NCBI GenBank assembly: GCA_038134595.1
Contig: JAYPVM010000007.1
Span: 77,634-141,633 of the forward strand
Reading direction: 5' to 3'
DNA length: 64,000 bases
Source of the DNA: Pseudomonadota bacterium
GTDB taxonomy: Bacteria; Bdellovibrionota_C; UBA2361; OMII01
Shown here: positions 10,063 to 20,819 of the stretch, piece after piece
Numbering within the stretch: position 1 is the stretch's first letter
Layout of the letters: every line of letters begins with the position of its first letter
Position numbers and translations under genes: made by a program
The notes under the pieces: generated by a model
The model's database searches: none
Told to the model about the DNA's origin: nothing
The model's input: the letters and a program-made list of their open reading frames with translations, nothing else

Positions 10063-10929
10063 ATGCAAACGCTTATCGAAGGATACCAGCTCCTAGACTC
10101 TGGAGAAGGTCGAAAATTAGAACAATTTGGAGAGCGCATCATCGATCGCCCCTCATCACTGTGCTCGTGGAAGCGCCGAGAAGATACTAGCCTCTGGTCA
10201 ACAGTAGACGCTCGTTACGACAACGAAAAAGGATGGAGCCACACCTCCCAAACTTCAAAAATCTGGCAGGCCTCCATACAAGGTACGACACTTGCGCTAG
10301 AGCTACTCTCAAATGGACAAGTTGGCCTCTTTCCTGAACATGCGATGTATCTTCCTGAAGTGGCACAAACAATAGCCAGACTACGGGGCGGCACCGACCG
10401 CACCATCCGCGTACTTAATCTGTTTGCGTACTCGGGCCTCGCGACCTCATTTTGCGCAAAACTCTCCCATGTTCACGTTACCCACGTTGACCTCTCCAAA
10501 CGAGCCATCGAATGGGCCAAGCGCAACGCTGAGCTGAACTCGATTGCAGACGATAGCGTTCGCTGGATTGTGGATGATGCTCTGGGATTCATGTCCCGCG
10601 AATCCCGTAAGTCGCAAGTCTACGACATCGTCATTATTGATCCCCCCTCATTCAGCAGGCTTTCGAAGAAAAACTCTTGGACACTCGATGAAAAGGCAGC
10701 AGAGATTGCCAACTTAGTTTTAAGCGTAGTTGACCACAGCAGATTTGCTATATATTTCACAAATCACTCCTCTGCGAGCACATCAGATGTTATCCGTAAC
10801 ATCTCGCTCGATGCAATAGAATCACACAATCTACAATTTACCACCCGCTCACTTGCTCTCACCGAGAGCTCCTCTATGAGGAGACTACCGGCGGGAGCGC
10901 TAATCATGCTATCTATGGGCTTAACGTAA
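10063..10929 (+). CDS. Class I SAM-dependent methyltransferase (RlmI/COG1092-like)
   Basis: YQLLDSGEGRKLEQFG, VGLFPE, VLNLFAYSG, HVDLS and IIDPPSF. Confidence 0.88.
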   Translation: MQTLIEGYQLLDSGEGRKLEQFGERIIDRPSSLCSWKRREDTSLWSTVDARYDNEKGWSHTSQTSKIWQASIQGTTLALELLSNGQVGLFPEHAMYLPEVAQTIARLRGGTDRTIRVLNLFAYSGLATSFCAKLSHVHVTHVDLSKRAIEWAKRNAELNSIADDSVRWIVDDALGFMSRESRKSQVYDIVIIDPPSFSRLSKKNSWTLDEKAAEIANLVLSVVDHSRFAIYFTNHSSASTSDVIRNISLDAIESHNLQFTTRSLALTESSSMRRLPAGALIMLSMGLT

Positions 10930-10949
10930 TTACAAAGAGAAGATACTCC

Positions 10950-11615
10950 ATGACCACCTCAGTTCCATCGCTTCAATCAGAAAACTATGTCAATGAATCT
11001 CTCCTATGGAGATACGCAACCAAGCAATTTGATTCCACACAAAAGGTACGTAGCGAAGCACTGCAAACTCTCATCAATTCTCTTCAGCTTTCTCCGTCCT
11101 CGTTTGGCCTGCAGCCGTGGAAATTTTTCGTTATTTCAGATTTACCCCTCCGCCAACAACTACGAGAACACTCGTGGAATCAACCGCAGGTCGTTGACGC
11201 CTCGCACCTTTTTGTATTGGCATCTGCTCGAACCGTCACCCCGGAATGTATTGACGGGCACCTATCGAATGTCGCAGAAACAAGATCTATCCCCCTTGAG
11301 GATCTCCATCCGTATCGCGAGCGAATTATTCCATTTGTAAAAGCTCTCGTAGATAACGGAACTATTGAGGCCTGGTGCACACGACAAACATACCTCGCCC
11401 TAGGAATGCTCCTAGGAACAGCGGCACAGTTAAGAATCGATACATGTCCACTTGAGGGCATATCTCCTGCTGAATACGATAAGCTCCTCGAACTAGAAAA
11501 CTCAAACTATACAACAAAAGTCGCCTGCGCCGTGGGTTACCGCTCAGAAACAGACGCAACTGCCTCTGCAAAAAAAGTAAGGTTTTCAAAAGACATCGTA
11601 GTCATTCGAAAATAG
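10950..11615 (+). CDS. Nitroreductase / NAD(P)H-flavin oxidoreductase (NfsB-like)
   Basis: WRYATKQFD, LSPSSFGLQPWKF, NQPQVVDASHL, IDTCPLEG, AVGYRS and KVRF. Confidence 0.93.
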   Translation: MTTSVPSLQSENYVNESLLWRYATKQFDSTQKVRSEALQTLINSLQLSPSSFGLQPWKFFVISDLPLRQQLREHSWNQPQVVDASHLFVLASARTVTPECIDGHLSNVAETRSIPLEDLHPYRERIIPFVKALVDNGTIEAWCTRQTYLALGMLLGTAAQLRIDTCPLEGISPAEYDKLLELENSNYTTKVACAVGYRSETDATASAKKVRFSKDIVVIRK

Positions 11616-11648
11616 ATCCGTAAACAGACGAGTAAACTACAAACAGAT

Positions 11649-13637
11649 ATGAACCAAGGGAACAGCACGTTTAGAAAATCTCTGCCCCACATTGTGTGTA
11701 TGTTTATCGTGGTAGTGGCGGGATTTCTCACTTCGCTTCCAATGGCGACGTCCAACACTACATTTCTGTACCATGAAGACGATGCGCATCACTTCAACCG
11801 GACTGTTGAAATGGCGAAAAGAAAAAGCCTTGACCCAGCGTACTTCAACAAACCATCCCTTCACTTCTACCTTCGGATGCCGGCAGTGTATCTTGCAGTT
11901 CTCCTCTCTCGAGCAACAGACTCTCCCATTTCACTCAACGACATCCGGACTCGCGATCCCTATGGACTCGCGGGATTTTCCTTCACACCCTCACACCCCT
12001 CTGTCGTACTAGCAGTCCGCTTAGTCACCCTCTCTCTCAACGCTGCCTTGGCATGCATTGCATATCTTATACTCATTACACTATTTCAGGCCCCTGTTCT
12101 TATAGGATTCGCGGGCGCTCTTATCACTCTCGCATCACCCGAACTTTTTACTAATTCATATATAATAGGTGTCGACACACTGATGGGATTCCTAACTATT
12201 GCAACGGTTTGGTACACACTGAAGATATCATCTAGATGGAAAACAAAAGGTGTCATTATTTCTGGAATACTGGCTGGCCTTGCATGCGCATCAAAATACA
12301 ACGCCGCTCCCGTGCTCACAGTACCAGCGCTCTATTGGTGGCTGAGAAGTCGATCTTTTAAGGGAGCTCTCCTCATAGCAGCTTCTACTTTCACAGGATT
12401 TTCCCTCGGAGCGCCGTACTCGTTTATCTCATACTCTGAATTTATTAGAGGTATTTCGTACGAAGCTTGGCATTATGGCATTGCAGGGCACGCTGAGCAC
12501 ACAACAGCTCGTGGACTACCTCATTTAATGAAAATAATAAAATGGCTTCTCTTAGACGGAATCGGGCCTATAGGCGTAATCTTTGCGCTATTTGGTATTA
12601 CAGAAATCGTTAAAAGAGATAAGAAAGAGGCTCTTCTGTTTCTTGCCTATCCAGTAAGCTTTATCCTCCTCATGAGCCTACAAAAAGTCTTCTTTGCTAG
12701 AAACATGCTTTCTGTTGTTGCATTTTTTTCTATCATGGCAACGCTTGGCGTGTGGCACAGTAGAGATTATATTAAACGAATCTTCACCTCACTTGGCATC
12801 TCCACGCAAGAAAGCGCTCGAATTTATGTTGTGCAATTTCTGCTTCTCGCAGCAATTGCAACACCTCTAACAATGCAGAGTAAAACATACCGTAGCGATG
12901 CGCTCTTCGTTGAAGATTCTCGCCCCAAAGTAGAGAATTGGATAGTTCACTCTCGACCTCTCAGCAGAGATGTTGCCATCGATGGCAGGCTTTTGCTGCC
13001 AATCAACCTATTCTCAATTCCCGGAGTGGATGCCTTTAACTCAGAGAGGTATTCCATCATTGATCTCATCCAACAAGGGTACGAATATTTTATCGTACCA
13101 ACAAGCGCCAGCAACTTAGACCCGCTTCGTACCGATATCGTTTCTAGCTTTCCTGGAAGCGCTGAACCCTGGCGAATCCCGAAAGATCCTGCAATCTCAA
13201 TTCTACACGCAAAACCAAAAGCCCATCTTGAAATTGCCGTGCCACCACGCTTGGAATTTAAACATCAAGATGGTGGGGCTGTGTCTGTGTGCGCAACAAA
13301 GCCAGATGAACCATACTGCTGGATCACGACAATTACTTCAGAGCTTTCATTCATAGACGCACCCTCTGACCATGTCTATCTCGAAGTTATGTCCCCATGG
13401 GTCAATCAAAAAATAACTATTCGGAGCGTCGATGGCACAACAGTAAGCTCCGTAAAATTACGCACTCCGGGCAACTGGGAGGTGCTACCGTTGCCACTCA
13501 CACAAGATAAAGCTACGACCGTATTTCAAGTAATTCTTTCTCAGGTACACTCTCCCGAATCCCAGGGCTTAAGTAGCGACTCTAGACGATTAGGCGTAGC
13601 TGTTCGGCCAGTACCAAAGCCTGTTTTCGAGAAATAG
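11649..13637 (+). CDS. GT-C fold (ArnT/PMT-like) membrane glycosyltransferase with a C-terminal soluble domain
   Basis: HEDD acidic motif after TM1, PAYFNKPSL, GLACASKYNA and FARNML; many TMs; C-terminal DSRRLGVAV. Confidence 0.8.
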   Translation: MNQGNSTFRKSLPHIVCMFIVVVAGFLTSLPMATSNTTFLYHEDDAHHFNRTVEMAKRKSLDPAYFNKPSLHFYLRMPAVYLAVLLSRATDSPISLNDIRTRDPYGLAGFSFTPSHPSVVLAVRLVTLSLNAALACIAYLILITLFQAPVLIGFAGALITLASPELFTNSYIIGVDTLMGFLTIATVWYTLKISSRWKTKGVIISGILAGLACASKYNAAPVLTVPALYWWLRSRSFKGALLIAASTFTGFSLGAPYSFISYSEFIRGISYEAWHYGIAGHAEHTTARGLPHLMKIIKWLLLDGIGPIGVIFALFGITEIVKRDKKEALLFLAYPVSFILLMSLQKVFFARNMLSVVAFFSIMATLGVWHSRDYIKRIFTSLGISTQESARIYVVQFLLLAAIATPLTMQSKTYRSDALFVEDSRPKVENWIVHSRPLSRDVAIDGRLLLPINLFSIPGVDAFNSERYSIIDLIQQGYEYFIVPTSASNLDPLRTDIVSSFPGSAEPWRIPKDPAISILHAKPKAHLEIAVPPRLEFKHQDGGAVSVCATKPDEPYCWITTITSELSFIDAPSDHVYLEVMSPWVNQKITIRSVDGTTVSSVKLRTPGNWEVLPLPLTQDKATTVFQVILSQVHSPESQGLSSDSRRLGVAVRPVPKPVFEK

Positions 13638-13912
13638 CCCTATTTTTGGCAGGCAACTCCTACACGCCATTAAAAAAATTCGATTCTTATCTACCTGTCC
13701 GTTAATAATTGTCTCTCACGACAAACAGAGAGCCATGCCGTATCTAGATCTAAAACGGCTCTTGGAATCCCTTAATCTCGCCAATTTATACAGCTAATTC
13801 CTATAGCCAAAAGTGCGTGCCGAGCAATAGTAACGCCATACACTATTAGAAGGGCTTCTTGGGGCCGCTCCATGCTAGACTAAGGACGCTATTTTCATGT
13901 ATCCTCCTATCC

Positions 13913-14884
13913 ATGATAGTAGTTACTGGAGCCGGTGGATTTATCGGCAGTGCATTTGTCGCCAAACTCAATGAACAAGGTATTAGAGACATCGTTGTCG
14001 TTGACGAGCTTGACACCGAACGCTTTAGAAAAAATCTTGCCAACAAGTCGTACACAGCCTGCGTTGACAAACAAGACTTCATCGCACAGATCCGATCGAA
14101 CTCTGCGCCGACCGACATTACAGCAATCATTCATCTCGGAGCCTGTTCGAGCACAACAGAGCGAAACGTTACGTTCTTAAACGAGAACAACCTTGAATAC
14201 TCCAAGGATATTATCTCCTTCTGCATTCAGAGAGATATTCGATGTATCTATGCAAGTAGTGCCGCCACGTACGGCGACGGTGAGCACGGATATTCAGACG
14301 ATGAGTCATCCCTTGAGATTTTCAAGCCGCTTAATCTCTATGGAGATTCGAAACACCAATGTGACCTTTGGGCGAAAGAAACCGGCGCACTCGCTCGTGT
14401 TGCAGGACTAAAGTTCTTTAACGTATACGGCCCAAACGAGTATTATAAGGGAGATATGGCAAGCGTTGCCTGGAAGGCGTTTAATGCTATCTCAGAAACC
14501 GGTGAATTTAAACTTTTTCGCTCTCACCGCGAGGACTATGCTGATGGGGAACAAAAGCGAGACTTCGTTTACGTAAAAGATTGTTGCGAAGTTATGTGGT
14601 GGCTCCTACAGAATGCCGCAGTAAATGGCATATTTAATGTAGGTTCAGGAACGGCGAGATCGTGGAACGACCTCCTCAATTCTGTTTTCTCGGCCATGAA
14701 CAGAGAACCTTTGATAACCTACATCGATATGCCAGAGAACATTCGGAATCAGTACCAGTATTTTACAGAAGCCCCGATGCAAAAACTTCGCAAAGCTGGC
14801 TACTCGCGCCCCCTCTACTCATTAGAGGCTGGTGTAAAAGACTATATTCAAAACCATCTCGCGAAAGAAGATAGACACTGGTAG
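13913..14884 (+). CDS. hldD: ADP-L-glycero-D-manno-heptose 6-epimerase
   Basis: MIVVTGAGGFIGS, HLGACSSTTE, YASSAATYG, PLNLYGDSK, FFNVYGPNEYYKGDMASV, RDFVYV and YQYFTEA. Confidence 0.96.
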   Translation: MIVVTGAGGFIGSAFVAKLNEQGIRDIVVVDELDTERFRKNLANKSYTACVDKQDFIAQIRSNSAPTDITAIIHLGACSSTTERNVTFLNENNLEYSKDIISFCIQRDIRCIYASSAATYGDGEHGYSDDESSLEIFKPLNLYGDSKHQCDLWAKETGALARVAGLKFFNVYGPNEYYKGDMASVAWKAFNAISETGEFKLFRSHREDYADGEQKRDFVYVKDCCEVMWWLLQNAAVNGIFNVGSGTARSWNDLLNSVFSAMNREPLITYIDMPENIRNQYQYFTEAPMQKLRKAGYSRPLYSLEAGVKDYIQNHLAKEDRHW

Positions 14885-15107
14885 TGGCTAAGTGGTGGAC
14901 ACCCTCACCTCTAAGCATTTGCGCCTGATACTGCGGTCTGGCGCGGGTGGTTCAAAATCAAGGCACAAGAAAAAGTAGCGGCTGCCACACTCTAGTATGT
15001 CCCAAATTTGTATCAAGTTCCCTCTCCAATCCCCTCTCTAGCCTCAGCAAACAAACAAATGCATCTTTTTTACAGGCATAATCATCAACACTCATAAGGT
15101 GTGAATT

Positions 15108-17981
15108 ATGTTTGAAAAATCGCTGGATAGCCGAGTCCTTCGTTTCCAAGTTGAAATTGGGAGCAATGAGTACCAAGCCGTCCTTAAACAGCTTAGAGGA
15201 ATTGAATCCGGTCACGAGGACCCAAAAAGTCGTCCTGCCCGTCGGGCGGTTCAAGCACTCGTGGATCTCGACCTCTCGAGTGGGTCGTATCTAATTAGTA
15301 AAATCCAGAATCATCAGCTACCGAAAGCACTGGCGATTGCACCAACGACAGAAACTCACCAACACCTCTCATCTGCGATCACAAAAGAGATAGACAGGCA
15401 GGGAAACAGTGCTCTAATCGCGCAACTTCAGAATATCATTCAATCCTGTCCTCAAATCTCATCTACAAGTGTGAGAATTCGCATGGCAGATCTGTCGGTT
15501 GTAACGCCGATAACGCATCCAACCAACAAAATTTCTCACGTTCCAATACTTGCCTCATTAGCACCGACGATATCTCTTGATTTCGATGACACTCCACCAG
15601 TTGTAATTTCAAAAGACCTCACCTACGATCCCATTCAGGCACTCAACACGATCGCTGACAGCATCTCCTTCGAGGCCCCTCCTACGGTTACCGTCGATAG
15701 AAACGCCTGGACCCTGAGCTTGGCACTGCGCATGCCAAATCTACCGGACGACACTACCTTTCAGATCTATGCGCACTGGGGAAGCTACGGAGAACTTACC
15801 ACCCCGTGGCGAGATGAGCTCCTTGCAACAATTGAACAAACAAAAACCGGTCGCATTCATAACATCTCTTTTACAGGAGAGGCTCTTATCCGCGGCGAAT
15901 ATGGAATCGCTTTCTTCATTACAACTCAAGCAAGCTCCGCCCGCATATGGCTGGGTTCGCTCGCTGGTGGCGATACCCCATTTACAATCGATTGCGATGA
16001 CATCAACTCACAACAAAAACGTATTCAAGCTCACCAGGATACTCAGCTTGATTTTGTTCGCCACATCGATAGAGCTATCGAGAACCCCCAAGAATTCTCT
16101 TCACTAACATCCGCAAAATATTCTCAAAATCCGACACGCACCCTCGGAGCTTGCCTTGCAGACAAGCTAGGCATGTCGCAAAACGAAGACAACGCGCTTC
16201 AAACAGTATTGGACCGTATCGGGGTACTCTCTACCGGGGAAGAGGTCAAGAATCATATCCTTCAAAACTATGGCCTGGGAGAAGTGGTCTTTATCTCTCC
16301 AGAGGGCCCACACGCGGGAGCCGGTGGCCTGGCACAAGTAATATCAGGGCTCCCACCAACAATCGCGCGAAATCAAATCCCTACGACGATAATCTCTCCA
16401 CTCTATGCCTATGCAAATGGCAATAAACACAAGTCAGCACAAGACATTCTCCATGGCGGTATTGTACTAGGGGACATGAAGGTAATACCGGAGTATGCTT
16501 GCTCTATTCGGATTGATCTTGGCCCAACATATTCAATAGGAGGCTCTACCCATAAACGTCCCCCCTCCTCTCTCACGTGCAAAGTATATCTGGCACAATC
16601 CGGCAACTTGCGGCTCTTCTTGGTGGCAAACAGTAGTACGTTTGATCGACTCTACCAACCTGTATACGCTGATGAACAGCTCCGACGGGCCATTGCCTTC
16701 TCTCGCGCATCTCTTGAAGTAATTGCACAAGAAAGCCTGCTTGTAAGACCTTCAATCATCATTTCAAACGATTGGATGGCAGCGTGCGTTCCCGCTTTAT
16801 GCGCTCTTGACACTCGGTATAATCAGATTGATTGGCTGCGCGATGCAAAAACAATTCATATGATCCATAACGGTGGGGCTGATTATCACGGGCGCCTCCC
16901 ACTTCACTTTGGGGATGAAGATCTTTGGCCGATGATTAATTTAGCCCCAGAGCACTATTTTGGCTTCCGAGATCCCTATCGCGCAGATCTCTTAAACCTG
17001 ACCATGGCTGCGACGCAACACGTATCCGGAGGGGTTCTTACCGTAAGTCAGCCGTATGCCGCAGATCTGCTCTCAGATATTGGCAGTGACGGGCTCCACT
17101 ATGTATTGCAGCACAAAAAAGACCGTGTTTTCGGTGTCAGTAACGGCATCAATAGAGCTCACATTGATTCTTATCTCGCGCTTCGAACTGGCTCTAGCCA
17201 GGAAACATTGTGCGGCACAGATGAGATACTCAACGCCAAGGCTATTCTCAAACAAGAGATGCAAAATAAATATCGACTTACCTTAGACCCCAAAGCTCAA
17301 GTCCTGTGCATGGTCGGTCGCATCGCTGAGCAAAAAGGCCTCTATCTCCTTACGGGATATGTAGCTGGATCTAACCACTCTACTCTTGAGGACATCCTCA
17401 TTCGACATTCGAACACACAGATACTTGTGGCCGGTCCTGTTACCGCCGGCGATCAAAACGCCTCAGATTTCTGTAAGAATCTCACGTATCTTCAGGGAAA
17501 GTATCCAGGAAGAGTTGCTGTTGACTTCTCTTACCTCTCTCACTCATGTGCACTTGATATCATAGCTGGAAGCTCCCTCTTTCTTATGCCTTCTCGATTT
17601 GAGCCAGGTGGGATAGCACAACTAGAAGCGTTAGCTGTGGGAACTCCTGTTGTCGGTAGGGCCGTCGGTGGAATTTCAGCTACAGTGATTAATTTTGATC
17701 CTGATTCTAAGCTGGGGACAGGATTTCTCTGTTACGACTATGATCCAACTGCTTTTGCTCACACAACACATTGGGCTTTAGACACTTGTAACAATCCTAA
17801 ACTATACACGGCTCTCGTCGCCCAAGCATTCAAAGCTGATCACTCATGGGATCAACGATCCGCCCAATTTACCGCCATCCTACAATCAGTCAGCCTAGGC
17901 GAGGAGCGCCTCAAAAGCTTATCTTCTCTTGAAAACACACGAGCACTCCTTGATCAAAGTAGAGCTTGGAGGCAACAATAG
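15108..17981 (+). CDS. GT5 glycogen/starch synthase-like protein with a ~390-aa N-terminal extension
   Basis: From aa ~391: FISPE..GGLAQV, SNDW, IHN, TVSQPYA, GVSNGI, GRIAEQKG, MPSRFEPGGIAQLEAL, VGGI and HSW. Confidence 0.88.
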   Translation: MFEKSLDSRVLRFQVEIGSNEYQAVLKQLRGIESGHEDPKSRPARRAVQALVDLDLSSGSYLISKIQNHQLPKALAIAPTTETHQHLSSAITKEIDRQGNSALIAQLQNIIQSCPQISSTSVRIRMADLSVVTPITHPTNKISHVPILASLAPTISLDFDDTPPVVISKDLTYDPIQALNTIADSISFEAPPTVTVDRNAWTLSLALRMPNLPDDTTFQIYAHWGSYGELTTPWRDELLATIEQTKTGRIHNISFTGEALIRGEYGIAFFITTQASSARIWLGSLAGGDTPFTIDCDDINSQQKRIQAHQDTQLDFVRHIDRAIENPQEFSSLTSAKYSQNPTRTLGACLADKLGMSQNEDNALQTVLDRIGVLSTGEEVKNHILQNYGLGEVVFISPEGPHAGAGGLAQVISGLPPTIARNQIPTTIISPLYAYANGNKHKSAQDILHGGIVLGDMKVIPEYACSIRIDLGPTYSIGGSTHKRPPSSLTCKVYLAQSGNLRLFLVANSSTFDRLYQPVYADEQLRRAIAFSRASLEVIAQESLLVRPSIIISNDWMAACVPALCALDTRYNQIDWLRDAKTIHMIHNGGADYHGRLPLHFGDEDLWPMINLAPEHYFGFRDPYRADLLNLTMAATQHVSGGVLTVSQPYAADLLSDIGSDGLHYVLQHKKDRVFGVSNGINRAHIDSYLALRTGSSQETLCGTDEILNAKAILKQEMQNKYRLTLDPKAQVLCMVGRIAEQKGLYLLTGYVAGSNHSTLEDILIRHSNTQILVAGPVTAGDQNASDFCKNLTYLQGKYPGRVAVDFSYLSHSCALDIIAGSSLFLMPSRFEPGGIAQLEALAVGTPVVGRAVGGISATVINFDPDSKLGTGFLCYDYDPTAFAHTTHWALDTCNNPKLYTALVAQAFKADHSWDQRSAQFTAILQSVSLGEERLKSLSSLENTRALLDQSRAWRQQ

Positions 17982-18643
17982 AGACTGTATTACTTCACAA
18001 TCTCCCCTTAGTATACAAGCATCGAAGCTCCTGTTCCCTGACTGCAATCTCCAAAATCTCGCGCAGAACTCTCCTCCTCTCTACCGCGGTGTCTCTTGGT
18101 CTTGCTTTATGGCTCTCCCCTGCTTGCGCACAATCCCGAAGTGTCACCGTTACCCGAGTAATCGATGGAGATACTATCGATGTAGTATCAGAGGGTCATC
18201 ATCAACGAGTTAGACTAATCGGTATCGATACTCCAGAATCCCGAAATAATCAACGCTCCCTCATACAGGCCAACAAAGCAAACATTACAAAAAAAGAAAT
18301 TATAAAGATGGGATCCTGCGCTCATTCGTTTACCGAGGCGCTACTGCCTATTGGACAACAAGTGACACTTGTAACCGACACTCAAAAGCGCGATAAATAC
18401 AGACGAACCCTCGCCTATGTTTATCTGCCTAATGGTCAAATGGTGAATGAAGTCATTATCTCCCAAGGCTACGCTTATCCTCTCACGATCGCGCCAAATG
18501 TTCTTTATGAAAAGCTCTTTCGACAACGTTTTGCAGACAGCAGAAAGGCTGAGAGAGGTTTGTGGTCAGGCAATCCTAGCTGTACACCGGTAGAATACAA
18601 AGAATCGGTTAATAGTATTTCGACAACACCCATGATAGAATGA
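17966..18643 (+). CDS. Thermonuclease (SNase family), exported
   Basis: VIDGDTI, RVRLIGIDTPE, DKYRRTLAYVY, NEVIISQGYA and RGLW; signal peptide ending SPACA. Start codon uncertain (TTG 17966). Confidence 0.9.
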   Translation: MEATIETVLLHNLPLVYKHRSSCSLTAISKISRRTLLLSTAVSLGLALWLSPACAQSRSVTVTRVIDGDTIDVVSEGHHQRVRLIGIDTPESRNNQRSLIQANKANITKKEIIKMGSCAHSFTEALLPIGQQVTLVTDTQKRDKYRRTLAYVYLPNGQMVNEVIISQGYAYPLTIAPNVLYEKLFRQRFADSRKAERGLWSGNPSCTPVEYKESVNSISTTPMIE

Positions 18644-18647
18644 CGCT

Positions 18648-20780
18648 ATGGCTAGTTCACAATCGGATCCTAGACGACCCCAGACCGCAGTGACCCTTCA
18701 TCTATCGGGTCTTCACTGCACCAACTGCGCTCTTTCTATCGAAAAGCATCTCCATAAACTTGGTGTCACACAACCTTGTGTCGATTACGCCTCAAGCTCC
18801 GCAAGCTTTCAAGTCTCGTCCCCTGAGGCCGTTTCCGAGATTATTCAAAGCATTCAAAAGCTTGGCTATTCGGCACATCTGGATAAACAGCTTCAAGAAA
18901 CAGTCGACCGCGAAACATCAATTACAACCAAGCTTCTCATTAGTGGAATATTAACCCTACCACTCTTGATTGGAATGTTTATAGAATCTGCAACGCTACA
19001 TAATCCTTGGATACAATGGGTGATTGCCTCTCCCGTGTTTTACATCGGCCTTCGACATTTTGGCGAGTCCGGCATCCGCTCTCTTAGGGCAGGCGTTGCC
19101 AACATGGATGTACTGATAGCTCTTGGCATCTTGGGTGGATACCTTGCAAGCGTTATCACACTCATCTTCGGTCTGTCTCATGAAACTATTTTTTTTGAGG
19201 CCACCTGTTCGATTACAACATTTGTGATGCTAGGACACCTTCTCGAAGAACGCGCCGTGAAGCGAACTACTACCGCGATTGAAAGTCTAGGAAAGATTCA
19301 GCCAGCAAAGGCATGTCGAATCGACGGAGTCTCGGGCGATCTAACCCACATTGACACTAAAGATATTGTAGTAGGTGATATCCTTTACATAAGAAACGGA
19401 GAAAGCATCCCAACCGATGGAATTATCATAGAAGGAGCGCTTTCATGTAACGAATCTATGCTCACGGGAGAATCTTCTCCAGTAGAGCACGGCAAGGGAG
19501 ATTCCATTATCGGCGGTACCGTGGTTATTCACGGCTCCGCTCGAATGCAAGCCACCGCTGTGGGAGCAGATACAACGCTCTCTGGAATAATTCAACTTGT
19601 TCACGAGTCTTTAAGACGAAAACCTCAGATACAGCGAATTGGAGATGCTGTTAGTAGTGTCTTTGTTCCTGCAGTACTGCTGATTAGCATCGGAGTGCTT
19701 TCCATTAGCCTATTATTCTTCGATCTCTCCGCAGCTGATGCCATTGTCCGCGCGCTCGCTATTACCGTAGTTGCGTGCCCTTGTGCGATGGGTCTTGCGA
19801 CACCCACTGCAATAATGGTGGCGTTAGGAAAGGCGGCTCAATCAGGCATTCTTATTCGAGGGGGAGACACCCTCGAACGAATGGCTACAATCACATGTAT
19901 TGCCTTCGATAAAACAGGGACTCTAACCGATGGTAGATTTTCTATCCAGGATTTCGTAGTTCATACAGCTATACCAGCCAGCAAAGCACAGGAAATTATC
20001 GTTGCCCTCGCAACCACATCTTCCCATCCTATCGCCCAATCCCTATGTCATGAATTCAAAGAGTCTCGCTCGAGCATTTCGCTCTCAGAAACCGAAGAGC
20101 TAAAGGGGGTCGGTATAACTGGCAAGGGGCAGGACGGTTCGCTCTATGCACTAGGAGGGCGCCAGCTTATTCGGCAAAACAACATCGAATCAAGCGCTGA
20201 CCTTGTACTCCTCAAAGATGGTGCACTCCTGGCCAGCATGAATATCGTAGACTCCCTACGCCCAGAAGCCAAATCGATAGTCAATAGCATTCGAGGCTCT
20301 GGATATAAAACAACTATTATAAGCGGCGATTCTCATAAAAAAACCTCTCATATTGCCGCAGAACTTACTGTTGATTCTTTCTATGCTGAGCAACTACCGC
20401 AAGACAAATTGACAGTGCTCGACGCCTTGCAGAAATCTGACTCTGTTGCATTTGTTGGAGACGGGATAAACGATGCGCCAACCTTAGGGCAAGCAACTAT
20501 CGGAATCTCGCTAAGCTCAGGATCCGATGTTGCTCGGCATTCAGCACAGGTCATTCTGTCTGACAACTCTCTTTCACGCTTATCAAGCGCTCTAAAACTT
20601 TCACGCATAACTGTTCGGACCATTAAGCAAAACCTTGGATGGGCGTTTCTCTACAACATTATCGCCATCCCACTCGCGGCAAGCGGCTACATCACCCCAC
20701 TGGCAGGAGCGCTTCTTATGACATTTTCTGATGTTATCATCGTAGCCAACTCGCTTCGCATAAAGCTCTACAAGCTGTAA
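18648..20780 (+). CDS. copA: Heavy-metal (Cu+) translocating P1B-type ATPase
   Basis: HMA motif GLHCTNC, TGES, CPCAMGLATP, DKTGT, SSHP, GDGINDAP, YN and MxxS. Confidence 0.93.
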   Translation: MASSQSDPRRPQTAVTLHLSGLHCTNCALSIEKHLHKLGVTQPCVDYASSSASFQVSSPEAVSEIIQSIQKLGYSAHLDKQLQETVDRETSITTKLLISGILTLPLLIGMFIESATLHNPWIQWVIASPVFYIGLRHFGESGIRSLRAGVANMDVLIALGILGGYLASVITLIFGLSHETIFFEATCSITTFVMLGHLLEERAVKRTTTAIESLGKIQPAKACRIDGVSGDLTHIDTKDIVVGDILYIRNGESIPTDGIIIEGALSCNESMLTGESSPVEHGKGDSIIGGTVVIHGSARMQATAVGADTTLSGIIQLVHESLRRKPQIQRIGDAVSSVFVPAVLLISIGVLSISLLFFDLSAADAIVRALAITVVACPCAMGLATPTAIMVALGKAAQSGILIRGGDTLERMATITCIAFDKTGTLTDGRFSIQDFVVHTAIPASKAQEIIVALATTSSHPIAQSLCHEFKESRSSISLSETEELKGVGITGKGQDGSLYALGGRQLIRQNNIESSADLVLLKDGALLASMNIVDSLRPEAKSIVNSIRGSGYKTTIISGDSHKKTSHIAAELTVDSFYAEQLPQDKLTVLDALQKSDSVAFVGDGINDAPTLGQATIGISLSSGSDVARHSAQVILSDNSLSRLSSALKLSRITVRTIKQNLGWAFLYNIIAIPLAASGYITPLAGALLMTFSDVIIVANSLRIKLYKL

Positions 20781-20819
20781 TCCCTGGCAAGTGACAACCG
20801 ATTTCCCGCCGCTCTTCAA

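Noticed and set aside
14885..14965. tRNA-like sequence (GGTTCAAA) after hldD
   Set aside because: I could not build a cloverleaf or acceptor stem.
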